Below the pieces are notes generated by a model. It was not told the origin of the DNA, searched no databases, and was given only the letters and a program-made list of their open reading frames with translations. 64,000 nucleotides of DNA from Squalus acanthias. Lineage: Eukaryota. Where the stretch lies: positions 8,804,001-8,868,000 of the forward strand of contig CM059432.1 of assembly GCA_030390025.1 (NCBI GenBank), written 5' to 3'. Each line of letters starts with the position of its first letter. The stretch's first letter is position 1. Both the position numbers and the translations under genes were made by a program. Of the stretch, positions 1 through 13,333 are shown one piece after another.

Positions 1-1233
1 GAGGCGCGCAGATATCTCAGAGGGCTGTGGGGCTGGAGGAGGTTACAGAGATAGGAAGGGGCGAGGCCATGGAGGGATTTGAAAACAAGGATGAGAATTT
101 TGAAATCGAGGCGCTGCTTAACCGGGAGCCAATGTAGGTCAGTGAGCACAGGGGTGATGGGTGAACGGGACTTGGCACGAGTTAGGACACGGGCAGCCGA
201 GTTTTGGATGAGCCGAAGTTTACAGAGGATAGAACGTGGGAGGCCGGCCAGGAGTGCGTTGGAATATTCAAGTCTAGAGGCAACAAAGGCATGGATGAGG
301 GTTTCAGCAGCAGATGAGATGAGGCAGGGGCGGAGTCAGTCGATTTACGGAGGTGGAAATAGGCGATCTTAGTGATGGCGGATATGTGGTCGGAAGCTCA
401 TCTCGGGGTCAAATATGACATCAAGGTTGTGAACAGTCTGGTTCAGCCTCAAACAGTTGCCAGGGAGAGGGATGGAGTCAGTGGCTAGGGAACGGAGTTT
501 GTGGCGGGGACTGAAGACAATGGCTTTGGTCTTCCCAATATTTAGTTGGAGAAAATTTCTGCTCATTCAGTACTGGATGTCAGACAAGCAGTCTGACAAT
601 TTAGAGACAGTGGAGGGGTCGAGAGAAGTGGTAGTGAGGTAGAGCTGGGTGTTGTCAGCATACATGTGGAAACTGATGCTGTGTTTTTGGATGAAGTCGC
701 TGAGGGGCAGCATGTCGATGAGAAATAGGAGGGGGCCAAGGATAGATCCTTGAGGGACACCAGAGGTAACAGTGCGGGAGCGGGAAGAAAAACCATTGCA
801 GGTGATTCACTGGCTACGATTAGATAGATAAGAATAGAACCAGGCGAGTACAGTCCTATCCAGCTGGACGACGGTGGAGAGGCGTTGGAGGAGGATGGAG
901 TGGTCAACCATGTCAAAGTCTGCAGACAAGTCAAGAAGGATGAGGAGGGATAGTTTACCTTTGTCACTGTCACATAGGATGTCATTTGTGACTTTGATGA
1001 GAGCCGTTTCGGTACTGTGGCAGGGAAACCTAATTGGAGGGATTCAAACATGGAGTTCCGGGAAAGATGGGCAAAGATTTGGGAGGCGACAATACGTTCA
1101 AGGACTTTGGAGAGGAAAGAGAGGTTGGAGATGGGGCGGTAGTTTGTAAGGACGGAGGGGTCAAGTGTTGTTTATTGAGGAGAGGTGTGATGATGTCATA
1201 TTTGAAGGAGAGGGACAGTACCTGAGGAGAGAC
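1..1233 (-). mobile_element. L2-clade LINE, degenerate RT region
   Basis: Minus-strand translation gives L2 RT motifs (WMSRNFLQLNIGKTKAIVF; frameshifted GVPQGSILGPLLF and YADDTQLY-like segments). The element resumes after the CR1 insertion at about 2524-2570 and 2730-3005. Confidence 0.85.
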
Positions 1234-2523
1234 ATTTCAGTATGGATTTCAAAAGGGAAAGTCTTGCTTGACCAACCTCATTGAATTTTTTGGAGAGGTA
1301 ACAGAGGGAATAGACAAGGGTAATGTAGTAGATGTAATTTATCTAGATTTTCAAAAGGCCTTCGATAAGGTACCTCATAATAGACTAATGAATAAGGTCA
1401 GAGAATGCAGAGTCAGGGGACAAGTAGCAGAAGGGATAGCTAGCTGGCTTCAAGACAGGAAGCAAAGAGTAGGAGTAAAGGGTAGCTATCCACAGTGGCA
1501 GAAGATGGGTAGTGGTGTTCCACAAGGATCAGTGCTGGGACCACTGTTGTTCCCAATTTATATTAACGATTTAGACTTTGGAATCAAAAACACAATTTCT
1601 AAATTTGAAGATGACACCAAATTGGGTGAGTCAATATTGAGGAGGACTGCAACAAAATACAGGAGGACATTAATAAACTTGCAGAATGGGCATATAATTG
1701 GCAAATGAAATTCAACACAGATAAATGTGAGGTATTACATTTTGGTAGGAAGAATAAGGAGGTCACTTATTACTTGGAGGGTGCGAGTCTGGGTGGGGTA
1801 GAGGAGCAAAGGGATCTCGGAGTACAAATACACAAATCACTAAAAGTAGTGACACAGCTTAGCAAGGCCATAAAAAAGCAACCTAGGGTTTATTCCTAGA
1901 GGGATAGAATTGAGAAGTAGTGACAGTTATGCTAAACTTGTATCGAACCTTGGTTAGACCACACTTGGAGTACTGCGTACAATTCTGGTCGCCATATTAT
2001 AAAATGGATATAAAGGCACTGGAGAGGGTGCAGAGAAGATTTACAAGGATGATACCAGAAATGCAAGAGTATACCTAACAGGAAAGAATGAGCAGGCTGG
2101 GTCTCATTTCGCTTGAAAAAAGAAGGCTGAGGGGTGACCTGATTGAGGTCTTTAAAATTATGAAAGGTTTTGATAGAGTAGATACAGAGAGAATGTTTCC
2201 ACTTGTGAGGAAGAGCATAACTCGAGGCCATCAATATAAGATAGTCACCAAGAAATCCAATAGGGAATTCAGAAGAAACTTCTTTACCCAGAGAGTGGTG
2301 AGAATGTGGAACTCGCTATCACAGGGAGTGGTTGAGGCAAATAATATAGATGCTTTTAAGGGGAGGCTGGACAAGCTTATGAGGGAGAAGGGAATAGAGG
2401 GTTATGCTGATAGAGTTAGATGAGGAAAGACGGGAGGAGGCTCGTGTGGAGCATAAATGCCGGCATGGACTGGTAGGGCCGAATGGCCTGTTTCTGTGCC
2501 GTATATCCTATGTAATCCTATGT
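1234..2523 (+). mobile_element. 5'-truncated CR1 LINE inserted in L2
   Basis: RT motifs YLDFQKAFDKVPH, SGVPQGSVLGPLLF, KFEDDTKLG; C-terminal FFTQRVVRMWNSL; CR1-type 3' hairpin and ATCCTATGT terminal repeats; several frameshifts. Confidence 0.95.
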
Positions 2524-2571
2524 AGCCGTTAACAATATCAGCTAACATGGGAGCCAGGAAGGGAAGTTGGG

Positions 2572-2728
2572 TGTTTTTTTATTCGTTTATGGGATGTGGG
2601 CGTCACTGGCAAGGCCCAGCATTTATTGCCCATCCCTAACTGCCCTTGAGAAGGTGGTGGTGAGCCGCCTTCTTGAACCGCTGCAGTCCGTGTGGTGAAG
2701 GTACTCCTGCAGTGCTGTTAGGGAGGGT
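2572..2728 (-). mobile_element. 3' end of a CR1/L2-group LINE (same family as 10005-10400)
   Basis: Reverse complement matches the tail AAGAAGGCGGCTCACCACC...GGGCAATAAATGCTGG..CCCACATCCC at 10305-10400. Confidence 0.75.
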
Positions 2729-2729
2729 C

Positions 2730-3005
2730 TTTAGTGGGAATAGGGTCAAAGGAGCAGGAAGTGGGTCTCATGGACAAGGTGAACTCGGAGAGGGCATAAG
2801 GGGAGAAAGGAGAAAAACTAGAGAAAGATGCGAGTTCAAGGCTAGGGCGGGGGGGGGGAACCTTAGAGGAAGTTTGGCCTGGTGGGTTAGGGGAAGGGAG
2901 GGAAGTGGCAGAGGCAGCTGGTCGGATGGTCTCAATCTTAGTGACAAAGAAGTCCACGAACTCCTCGCACTTGCTGTTGGAGGTGAGGGTGGAGGAGACA
3001 GGAAA
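2730..3005 (-). mobile_element. L2 LINE continuation
   Basis: Translation CEEFVDFFVTKIETIR...MRPTSCSFDPIPT is typical of the L2 ORF2 region upstream of RT. Confidence 0.8.
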
Positions 3006-3341
3006 CAAAAATTGATAGTGCCAATGGCTCGAAGTTCCCTGTAGCAGGCACCGATTAGTGCCTACTGTTAGTTAGACTTGCCCTTGCCCGTTTAATGTTG
3101 ACGATATTTTGCCCTGCAAGTTGCTGTCAGTGGGAGGTGGAAAGAGCGCGGCGCCTGCTACAGGACATCTGAGTGAACAGGACAAGCAACTGTGTGTCGC
3201 CTTAATCAATCAGATTGATGGATTGTGAAAGTAACATCGCAAGGACAGAGAAGGAAGTGTAAATTAGAGTAGGTGAATTCAATGTCAAATCAGGTACAGA
3301 AAGAGAAATAAAGAGAGGGAAAGAAAGATTGGATTAAGAGA

Positions 3342-3568
3342 TCATGATGTGGAGATGCCGGCGTTGGACTGGGGTGGACAAAAATGAGAAGTCGCACAAC
3401 ACCAGGTTATAGTCCAACAGATTTATTTAATTTTACAAGCTTTCGGAGCTGTCGCTCCTTCGTCAAGTAAGTTGCTAACTTACCTGACGAAGGAGCGACA
3501 GCTCCGAAAGCTTGTAAAATTAAATAAATCTGTTGGACTATAACCTGGTGTTGTGCGACTTCTCATTT
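3342..3568. mobile_element. Penelope-like (family 1) fold-back insertion
   Basis: About 93-bp near-perfect inverted arms (3380-3570) plus a 38-nt unpaired tail; direct repeat TTGGATTAAGAGA at 3329-3341 and 3569-3581. Confidence 0.85.
3480..3517 (+). ncRNA. minimal type I hammerhead ribozyme motif (PLE-associated)
   Basis: TTAC-CTGACGA-A-GGAGC-GACA-GCTCC-GAA-AGCT-T-GTAA: core CUGANGA/GAAA, stem II GGAGC/GCTCC, stem I TTAC/GTAA, palindromic stem III. Confidence 0.75.
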
Positions 3569-4630
3569 TTGGATTAAGAGAGAGAGAGAGAAAAGAGCCC
3601 GAAAGAAAACATTAAAAAAATGTAATTTAAAATTTAAAAAAATCTCCAGCAACAATTAAAACCTGAAGGAATGAGTCTCCACAATTGTAATAGTAAATTT
3701 TCAGTGCCAGAGAGGTTGACTGGCAGTAATTAACACTTACCACATCGTTAAAAGGTTACTTAGACTTGAAATGACTTGACCTGTCTGTGGCGAGTTTAGT
3801 TCGTATCTACCGCGCACATACAGCAACTTCACGCCGTTCAATGCGTTTGAATGCGGAGCCAGACAGCGAGATGCCGTTTACCCGAAGCTAACGCCGGAGC
3901 GGTGCATCTCCGACAGCAACTTTACGATTTCCGTGTTTATTCACCCTCGTCGCTGTGGCATTTGCGCATAAATAACATCGAGCGCCGTTAGCCTCACCGT
4001 TATTTTGACAGCAAATTAATTGCCAAATGTGTACATAGCTTGACAGACGAGCAAACGGATTAGCGAGTGTTAGAAATCTTTACCATGAACAGCAACGTTT
4101 AAGGGACCATCAACATGACGAAGTGACTGAGAATTAATTTGAAAACAACTGCAAGAGAATCACCATGTGCTGTTACTAGCTCTTTAAGGTTTCAACAAAG
4201 ATTCCTCATTAGACTTCCCGCAGCACTAATTGATAAACTGAAAACTCCCACCTGCTGTAAATGCCTTTTGATCTTGCTGGGTTTAAAGGCTCCTTCTATA
4301 CTGGAACCATAGTGTGTTGCACCAGAATGAAAGGGCACAGAACAGATGGGCAGATGGCTCAACCTTTGTTTAACTGTTTGATTTATAACTGGCTTGATCT
4401 CCATGACAATCGCAAAACCATAAATGCAAATCTACTCTTCAGCAAAGCTGCCAAGAAAAATACTTAAAAGGCAAGACCAAGTCAATCTTCGTGAACATCA
4501 GGGTACAAAAAATCTGAGTTTCTTTCTGTGACAGGTATATCTAAAATAAAATAAAAATCAAATCAGAGCTGAACACTAGCGTTTAATAGTTGTCTCTCTC
4601 TCTTCAGAGACACTTGATTATAGTTACAAT

Positions 4631-5427
4631 GGGGTAGATTTTTGTGATGCTGTAACATGGGTGATAACGAGTCAGTAGCCCGCTTTATATCTCACCATTT
4701 TTATTATTATTTCAATTGAAAAAAGCGCCTTGGGATGTAGAGGAGACCAAACGCAGATTGGGTGACCGCTTTGCGGAACACCTCCACAAGCATGACCCCG
4801 AGCTTCCGGTCGCCTGTCACTTTAATTCTCCGCCCCACTCTGACCTCTCTGTCCTTGGCCTCCTACATTGTTCCAATGAAGCTCAACATAAGCTCGAGGA
4901 ACAGCACCTCATCTTTCGATTAGGCACTTTACAGCCTTCCGGACTCAACAATGAGTTCAACAATTTCAGACCATAACCTCTACCCCCATTTTTTCAGATG
5001 GCAGCTGTTGATGTTTCTGCCATTCCCATTTACACCTCCTCTAGACTCATCTTTTGTTTCTTTACTTGTCCCATTACCATCTCCTTTTGCTTTGTACAAT
5101 CATCCCTCTTGTCATTTAATCTCTCCTGCCTTCCACCCTATCACAGACCTTCCCTTTTGTTCTTTCCTCCCCCCATCCCTTTCCCTGTCCCTACACTTGC
5201 TTAAAACCTGTTACATCTCTAACTTTTTCGGTCCTGACGAAAGGTCGTCGACCGAAAACGTTGACTCTGTTTCTCTCTCCACAGATGCAGCCTGACCTGC
5301 TGAGTGTTCCCTATATAAATGCAAGTTTTTGTTGCTGAAGTCGATGGGAACACAAATCGGGAGAGATGTAAAACGGGCTGCCGAGTCAAGATTACCCGTG
5401 CTACACCACCACACCAAGATCTACCCC
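4631..5427. mobile_element. PIF/Harbinger-type MITE with nested Penelope fragment
   Basis: Termini GGGGTAGATTTT and AAGATCTACCCC; AAT duplicated at 4628-4630 and 5428-5430; the two ends are imperfect inverted repeats over about 80 bp. Confidence 0.7.
4739..5310 (+). mobile_element. Penelope-like element (family 2) 3' fragment: GIY-YIG endonuclease C-terminus, 3' UTR and hammerhead-like motif
   Basis: ETKRRLGDRFAEHL...PVACHFNSPPHS...EQHLIFRLGTLQPSGLN is the characteristic PLE GIY-YIG C-terminus; CTGACGAAAGGTCGTCGACCGAAAACGTTGAC near 5235. Confidence 0.9.
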
Positions 5428-5496
5428 AATCTATTACTGGAATTTGGAATAGAATTTCTTACTATTCGACTGAGGGTCACTTCTCGATCAAGTTGC

Positions 5497-6330
5497 AGTA
5501 GCGATTTTCTCAATGGGGAGCTTTTGGAGGCGGGGCTCCCACTTGTCGGGTTTCAGTCCCGCCTCCATCGATTTGTGGCCAACCCACGCTATTTTCCCTT
5601 GATTGACCTTGTTAAGCCCGCCCAGCGGGCTTCACAGGCCAATTAAGGGAAAGCCGGTTGCAGAGAACATCAATGTATGATGTTCCATCTGTCCAAAAAT
5701 TTTGACAGATGAATTGTCATCGTTTGACAGCTCTGTGAAGCTGTCAAACACTGACATTCTCTGTAGTTTGATGAGGTCTTGAATTCAAGACCTCATCAAA
5801 CCTCTTTCTTTTGTAGAAATGAGATGGTTGTTGCATTGGAGAATGCAACGGCCATCTGTCATCTCTACCGCGGAGGGTCCGAGACTCTCCGCATACCCAC
5901 CGCCTGAAGCCTGCAGGAAGAAACAAAGGTAAGTACACTTTTACTAACACTTTGCACTTACCTCAGATACTCACCTCTCCACACTTGCACCCATCACTTA
6001 CCTCAACAGCACACTTTTGCACCCCCCTCCCCCCCGCCCCCGACCCCTGCAGACCCAGGACTCGCCTCGCTGGCGGGTTTTGGAGCCTTCAGGAAGCCCG
6101 CACTTGTGAGGGCAAAATGGGGATAATCCTATTTTCTGCCTGTTAACTAACTGTTTTAATCCCTTCCCGCCTCCAAGGAGATGGGACCCGGCGTGGGTCG
6201 GCTACCCGCCTCCTGGCAAGATGGCACGGAGGCAGGTTGGGGGTGGGATGGGCACCCACCCCCAAATTCTGCCATTTTCCCGGCAGTCCCACCTCCATAC
6301 CCGCCTCCCCAGGGCTGGCAAGACCGCGCC
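5497..6330. mobile_element. non-autonomous DNA transposon (Harbinger-like), paralog of 54682-55494
   Basis: Both ends and internal blocks (e.g. TTTGACAGCTCTGTGAAGCTGTCAAACACTGAC) match 54682-55494 in reverse orientation. Confidence 0.65.
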
Positions 6331-6661
6331 CATGGAGTGCACTTGCAGTGGGATCATTAATGCCAGCCTCTCCTGTCACAAGTAAGAAAGACTCCCTCAG
6401 CACTGCACTGGAGTGGCAGCCCTAGATTTTGTGCGCAAATCCCTGGAGTGAGACTTGAACCCACAGCCTTCTGACTCAGAAACGAGAGTGCTGCCCACTG
6501 AGGAGCTCAAGGCTGCATCCATCTCTAATTGTGGGGAGAGGTGGGCCTTCTCCTTGAACCTCTACCGTCCTTGTGGTGATGGTGTCTCCAGATGTGTAAG
6601 CATGAATTCTTGAGAGGTTTTTTTTTGTGATAAATTTTAATCAGTAGCAAAATTAAAAGTG

Positions 6662-6819
6662 ATGTGGAGATGCCGGCGTTGGACTGGGGTGGACAAATGT
6701 GAGAAGTCGCACAACACCAGGTTATAGTCCAACACTTCACCTGATGAAGGAGCAGCGCTCCGAATGCTTGTGATTTCAAATAAAGCTGTTGGACTATAAC
6801 CTGGTGTTGTGCAACTTCT
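6662..6819. mobile_element. Penelope-like (family 1) asymmetric fold-back insertion
   Basis: Same tail and arm sequence as 3342; TSD CAAAATTAAAAGTG at 6648-6661 and 6820-6833; hammerhead-like CTGATGAAGGAGCAGCGCTCCGAAT. Confidence 0.85.
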
Positions 6820-7316
6820 CAAAATTAAAAGTGTTCACTTCAAGCCGCGCTCTCACCCTGGTTCGAGAGGGACTATGGCTTCGCACCAGAGTCCTCTGTG
6901 TAATCTGATTTAGATCAACTGTTTTCCCTTCTAATTATATGTAAACAACTCTCTTGGGTCTGCCAAGGCTGCCAGTTTACGGTAACTCAGGTGCTGTGAG
7001 CGCACACTTAGCTATCTCATTCTGTAGTACAATAAGCTCATCAGTGACATGCAGATTGGTCTGGCCCTGAAAAGCACCTCAAGCAAATTTCGATCAGTTT
7101 GCCTCGCGTTGAGCTGTTCCACTTGTGGCTCTCACGTTCATGCACCAGCTCCCTCAACAACAACAAACAACGCTGGCAGGGATTCAAAGTAGATGCGCGC
7201 ACGCTCTGGGGAGGAGGGGCTGGAGAGAGAACAGCAAAGTGGACAAGCACATCCCAAGGCATCGGCGGCGGGTTTTTTCTCAATAGAATAACTGCTTTGC
7301 AACAGGAGAATATGAA

Positions 7317-7850
7317 ATAGAACCATAGAAGATAGGAGCAGGTGTAGGCCATTCGGCCCCTCGAGTCTGCTCCGCCATTCGATGAGATCATGGCTGATCA
7401 TCCAAACTCAGTACCCTGTCCCTGCCTTCTCCCCATATCCCTTGATGCCTTTAGCTTTAAGAAATATATCTAACTCCTTCTTGAATATATTTAATGACTT
7501 GGCCTCAACTACCTTCTGTGGTAGAGAATTCCACAGGTTCACCACTCTCTGGGTGAAGAAATTCCTCCTCATCTCAGTCCTAAATGGCTTATCCCTTATC
7601 CTTAGACTGTGACCCCTGGTTCTGGACTCACCGACCATCAGGAACATTCTTCCTGCATCTAGTCTGTCTAGTCCTGTCAGAATTTTATATGTTTCGATGA
7701 GATCCCCTCTCATTCTTCTAAACTCCAGCGAGTATAAGCCCAATCGACCCAATCTCTCCTCATATGTCATTCCTGCCATCCCAGATATCAGCCTTGTGAA
7801 TCTTCGCTGAACTCCTTCCATGGCAAGAACATCCTTCCTCAGATAAGGTG
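7317..7850 (-). mobile_element. CR1 LINE 3' fragment
   Basis: ORF 7408-7866 (LERRRMRGDLIETYK-like, FFTQRVVNLWNSLP); same subfamily tail as 19322 and 30882. Confidence 0.95.
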
Positions 7851-7859
7851 CAGGACTTT

Positions 7860-9660
7860 GGGGCAAAAGGGGAACGGAATGGCTGAAAGTCGAGACCGAG
7901 GGAACCTTTCCTTTTATGGTTGCAGCACGTTAAAAGGCAAATAAGACCTGGGCAATTTTAACATGCAGGCCGCCAGCCAACCGTGGCGAGCCCGGTGCGG
8001 CCGGAGCAGGTGGCAGCTTCAAATCCCACTGCCGTCTTCATCCTGCCTCCTCCAAGTGATTTTGCCCTGGTTGGGCTTGTTAAGCTTGCCATCAGCCGGT
8101 TTCCTTAAAGGGTCCACGGCCACATTCATTTTGACAGTTCTACTGTCCAGTGTTCTACAGCATTGAGCTGCTTCAAGCACTGACGAGCACTGCACAGAGG
8201 TGCACGGCTGCACCCAGGCTCTCCCATGACTCCCTCCACTAGTACGCAGGGAGGTTCTCTTCCCTTCAAATGGGCGGAAGAGACCTCCCCAGGCCACCAA
8301 CACAGCCTGGTTGCACATTGCACAGGAGGGCAGAAGCAGGGATGTTGTCAGGAGGACCAGACTGCAGTGGCGCAAACCTTTCAATGATCTCAGTAGATCA
8401 CAAAATGTTATTGCAAAGCCACACTCAACCTCATCCTGCTGTGCCACTCATCACATCCCCATCACTCTGCCTTTCCTACCCTACTCCTGCACATCCTTAC
8501 TCACACCAACTTAGCTTGCACCTCCACCCATCCCTCTCTATCTACATTATCACTTCCCCATCTCACTAGCCACCCCTCACACTCACCCTCATCCTAGTGC
8601 AATCACACCAACTAACAACACACAAGGGTAGGCACTTGGGTGTTTTATGCAATGTTCATGTAAAGTTTCTGTTAATTTGGTGTCAAACATACCTTTATTT
8701 TCAACACTTTACCTTCTTGGACAGATTTGTGTGCACCATTGGAAGTGGCTTAGTGAGTTCCAGTGAATGGTGAGACATAACATCCCCCTGCCCCGCGCCC
8801 CCCCCCCCCCACACCCCCCAATGGTGACGAGTGTGAAAGGAATGGCTTGGGCATTGTAGGGATGCTTTATGGTGCTGGTGTGGGATGGTGCCAACCTGGC
8901 ACATCATGTGGCAGCCAGGATGTGCAGCGTCAAGTGAAGTAAATCTGGCCATGGTGAGGCCATCCCTGGTTCCCGGGAAACAATGTGGTCGGGCGCTGAT
9001 GCTCTGTGTCCTGTGCAAGCATCAGGTGATTGCGGAGAAGGAAGGTGTTGGTGCTGCTGGTGTGCCTGGTGATGCTGATGTGCCTGGTGATGTTGGTGTT
9101 GGGGCTGATCGTGGTGGGATTCCGAGGACCAAGGTGAGATTTTTTCAAGGACACCGATGTTGCTGGAATAGATGGCAGCTGAAGTTGAGATGACAGAAGC
9201 GATCTGTCAGTGTTGAGAGAGCTTGCTCCAAGGAGGTGCCAGTGGATAGAGAGTTTACTCCAAACATTTCAAAACTGCATACAGCTCAAAAGTGTCTTCC
9301 AAATCCTGAAGGCTCAAGCTTCTGACATTGGAAAGTGAACAGCTGTGAAATGGGAGCTTTTATACCACTTTTGCAGCTGTCACCTATTCACATCAATGGA
9401 GAGTCACAGAGAACCCGACACACTGACCTGACGTGAACCCCGAGCGACGGAACCTCGTGGAAAAGTTGGAAAAATGGCGAGAAGATGTTGAAATGCTGTT
9501 CAACTACCTGTAAAGACCCTCTTAACGATCTCAATTGGCTGACCCGCCTCTTAGTGCCAGGCAGACCCCGCACTTGTTAAACTGACACGGAGGCGGATTC
9601 AGAGTGTGATCCCGACCCGTCTCCAAACCCGCCCTCTGAGCGCCGGCAAAGTTCCAGCCA
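7860..9660. mobile_element. degenerate Harbinger-type element with Myb/SANT-like remnant
   Basis: 8200-8400 (+) reads AWLHIAQEGRSRDVVRRTRLQWRKPFNDL, resembling the Myb/SANT DNA-binding ORF of Harbingers; right end AAGTTCCAGCC resembles the other local TIRs. Boundaries are approximate. Confidence 0.55.
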
Positions 9661-10004
9661 CAGAGTAGAATCCTATCATATGAAATGAATCCGGAGAGGG
9701 ATAAAAATTCTGAGCGACCAGGTTTTTTTTATAATAACAAGGAATAAGAACATAAGAATTAGGAGCAGGAGTAGGCCATACGGCCCCTCGAGCCTGCAAT
9801 CAATAAGATCATGTCTGATCTTTGACCTCAACTCCACTTTCCCGCCCTATCTCCATATCCCTTGATTCCCCTAGAGTCCAAAAATCTATCGATCTCAGCC
9901 TTGAATATACTCAATGACTCAGCATCACAGCCCTCTGGGGCAGAGAATTCCGAAGATTCACAACCCTCTGGGTGAAGAAATTCCTCCTCATCTCAATCTT
10001 AAAT

Positions 10005-10400
10005 TCACACCCTCCTCCACTGGCGTACCGTGGCTGCAGTGTGTACCATCCACAAGATGCACTGCAGCAACTTGCCAAGGCTTCTTCGGCAACACCTCCC
10101 AAACCCACGACGTCTACCACCTAGAAGGACAAGGGCAGCAGGCGCATGGGAACACCATCACCTCCAAGTTCTCCTCCAAGTCACACACCATCCTGACTTG
10201 GAAGTATATCACAATTCCTCCATCGTCACTGGGTCAAAATCCTGGAACTCCCTCCCTAACAGCACTAATGGAGCACCTTCATCACACGGACTGCAGCGGT
10301 TCAAGAAGGCGGCTCACCACAACCTTCTCAAGGGCAACTAGGGATGGGCAATAAATGCTGGCCTTGCCAGCCACACCCAGATCCCAGGAACGACTAAAAA
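10005..10400 (+). mobile_element. 3' fragment of a CR1/L2-group LINE nested in CR1
   Basis: ORF2-like C-terminus VAAVCTIHKMH...SKSWNSLP...LQRFKKAAHH, then AATAAA and an A-rich end; the host CR1 resumes at ATGGCCGACCCC. Confidence 0.7.
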
Positions 10401-12351
10401 GAAAATGGCCGACCCCTTATCCTGAGACTATGCCCCCTACCTCTAGACTCCCCGACCAGTGGAAACAACCTCTCAGCATCTATCCTGTCAATCCTCCTCA
10501 GGATCTTATATGTTTCAATGAGATCACCTCTCATTCTTCTAAACTCCAGAGAGTATAGGCCCAATCTACTTAAACTCTCCTCATAGGACAACCCTCTCAT
10601 CCCAGGAATCAATCTAGTGAACATTTGTTGCACCGCCTCCAAGGCAAGTATATCCTTCCTCAGATAAGGAGACCAAAACTGTGCACAGTACTCCAGGTGT
10701 GGTCTCCCCAAAATCCTGTACAATTATAGCAAGACTTCCTTACTCTTGTACTCCAACCCCCTTGCAATAAAGGCCAACATGCCATTTGCCTTCCTAAATT
10801 GCTTGCTGTACCTGCATGCTAACTCTCTGTGTTTCCTGTATGAAGACACCTAAATCTCTCTGAACACCAACGTTTAATAGTTTCTCACCATTTAAAAATA
10901 TTCTGGGGGAAAAATTCCTCCTCACAGCTTATTTTCCCACCTAGCTTTGTATCGTCAGCAAACTTGGATACATTACACTCGGTCCCTTCATCTAGGTCAT
11001 TAATATAGATTGTAAATAGCTGAGGCCCCAGCGCTGGTCCTTGCAGCACTCCACTAGTTACAGCCTGCCAACCCGAAAAAGACCCGTTTATCCCTACTCT
11101 CTGTTTTCTGTCCATTAACCAATCCTGTATCCATGCTACTATATTACCCCTAACCCCATGAGCCCTTATCTTGTGTAACAACCTTTTATGTGGCACCTCA
11201 TCGAATGCCTTTTGGAAATCAAAATATACTACATCCACTGGTTCCCCTTTATCTACCCTGCTAGTTACATCCTCAAAAAACTCTACAATAAATTTGTCAA
11301 ACATGATTTACCTTTCATGAAACCATGTTGACTCTGTCTAATCATATTATGATTTTATAAGTACCCTGTTACCACTTCCTTAGTAATGGATTCCAGCATT
11401 TTCCCGACGACTGATGTCAGGCTAACTGGCTTGTAGTTCCCTGTTTTCTCTCTCCCTCCTTTCTTGAATAGCAGGGTTACATTTGCGACCTTCCAATCCC
11501 CTGGGACCGTTCCAGAATCTAAGGAATTTTGGAAGATCACAATGCATCCTCTATCTATGCAGCCATCTCTTTTGGAACCCCAGGATGTAGGCTATCAGAT
11601 CCAGGAGATTTGTCGGCTTTTAGTCCCATTAGTTTCTCAAGTACTATTTCTCTACTGATATTAATTACTTTAAGTTCCTCACTCTCATTAGCACCTTGGT
11701 TACCCACTATTTTTGGTATGCTTTTTGTGTCTTCTACTCTGAAGACAGATAAAAGGGCTGAATTTTCCATGGTGGTAGCTGGCGCGATCGGTGGCGGGTC
11801 GGGTGGGAAAGTTGATTTTTTTTTTTAACAGCGGGTCAGGAACCCGCTGTCATCTCGCTCCCACGCGCCTTTCCCACAGGCGCATCTGTCAGCATGGAGC
11901 TGACCCGACCTGTAGCGGCGGGGGACCCAATTGAAGTCATTATGAGGTACTTTACAGGCACTTAACAGCCTTTCCCTATCACTACTTTTTAAATTTCCCT
12001 GCATAGCCACGGGATTCACACAGCTCGGGAACCGCGTCTGTCAACCTGAGGCGGGAGTTCAGTGGCCATTGCTCCAGCTGATTACTTGACAGCATGGAAA
12101 ACAAATCAAAATAAAAACATGTTGATTACATCAGCTAACAGATTGATGGAGATTCTGTTCTACTTGAAAAGCTACTGGTAAATGTTAATTCAGAAATTCC
12201 TGAAGGGATGTAAGTGCTACCCTGGGTGGTGAGGGAAATATATTTTTCACTGGCCATTCTTGGCTGTTGCCTTCCAACTCAACAGTAATTGCAGTGAATT
12301 GATCTGCACTATAAAAGATGACATATATATCAATTAAATAAATGTTTGTAA

Positions 12352-12447
12352 TAAAAACAGAAAATGCTGAAAATACTCAGCAGGTCAGGTTGCATTTGTA
12401 GAGAGAGAAACAGAATTAACGTTTCAGGTCGATGACACTTCGTCAGA
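12352..12447 (-). mobile_element. Penelope-like family 2 terminal fragment with hammerhead-like motif
   Basis: Reverse complement reads CTGACGAAGTGTCATCGACCTGAAACGTTAATT followed by the family 2 tail. Confidence 0.75.
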
Positions 12448-12832
12448 ATAAATGTATGTGTTGTTTCTGGTCAGGTTTTTCTCACAGTATACTGTGATTG
12501 TCCAGTTACACATTAAATCAAGTCATCAACCGTAACAATTTCATTCTCATCACTCATTCCACTGGTTCAATTTGCTTTCAGTCCCTGAACATGACTAGTT
12601 TAATTTTTCAGTCTGAGACTTTAGGGCGAATTTCTGCGGAGGTTCTCTCACTTGTCCATTGTTAACTTCAACCGAAGAGCTGCAGAAATCCCAGAAACAC
12701 ATTGTAAGCACCACTTACACTGTTTGTCAGGGATTCCACAGCTGCTCCGCTGAACTTGCATAAGATTGTAAATCCACCCCTTTACAATTACATTTAAAAT
12801 CTGCTTAATTTTATATATTACCTATACACACA

Positions 12833-13333
12833 CATAGAGTCATAGAGTCATAACGGCACAGAAGGAGGCCATTCGGCCCATCCAGTCCGTGCCAGCTCTC
12901 TGTAGAGCAATCCAGTCAGTCCCATTCCCCCGCTCTATCCCCGTAGTCCTGCAAGTTTATTTCCCTCAAGTGCCTATCCAGTCTCCCCTTGAAAACATTG
13001 AGTGTCTCCGTTTCCACCACTTCCGTCGGCAGCGAGTTCCAGGTCATCACCATTCGCTGTGTAAAAAAGTTTTTCCTCACATCCCCCCTGTATCTCTTGC
13101 CCAAAACCTTAAATCTGTGTCCCCTAGTCCTTGTACCATCAATTAGTGGGAACAGCCTTTCCCCCTCTAGCCTATCCAAACCCGTCATAATCTTGTACAC
13201 TTCTATCAAATCACCCCGCAACCTCCTTTGCTCTAATGAAAACAAATCCAGCTGCTTCAACCTGTCCTTGTAGTTAAGATCCCCCATCCCCGGAACCATT
13301 CTGGTAAATCTCCTCTGCACCCTCTCAAGGGCC
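12833..13333 (-). mobile_element. CR1 LINE 3' fragment
   Basis: ORF 12916-13320 is a CR1 ORF2 C-terminus; (GACTCTAT)n tail. Confidence 0.92.

Noticed and set aside
3380..3570. Long hairpins as miRNA genes or terminators
   Set aside because: Multi-copy occurrence, TSDs and hammerhead-bearing PLE-type sequence explain them as retroelement insertions.
4192..4467. Possible minus-strand exon (TTTTTCTTGGCAG ... CAG|GTGGGA) and short ORFs
   Set aside because: Weak donor site and no recognisable peptide; cannot be supported from sequence alone.
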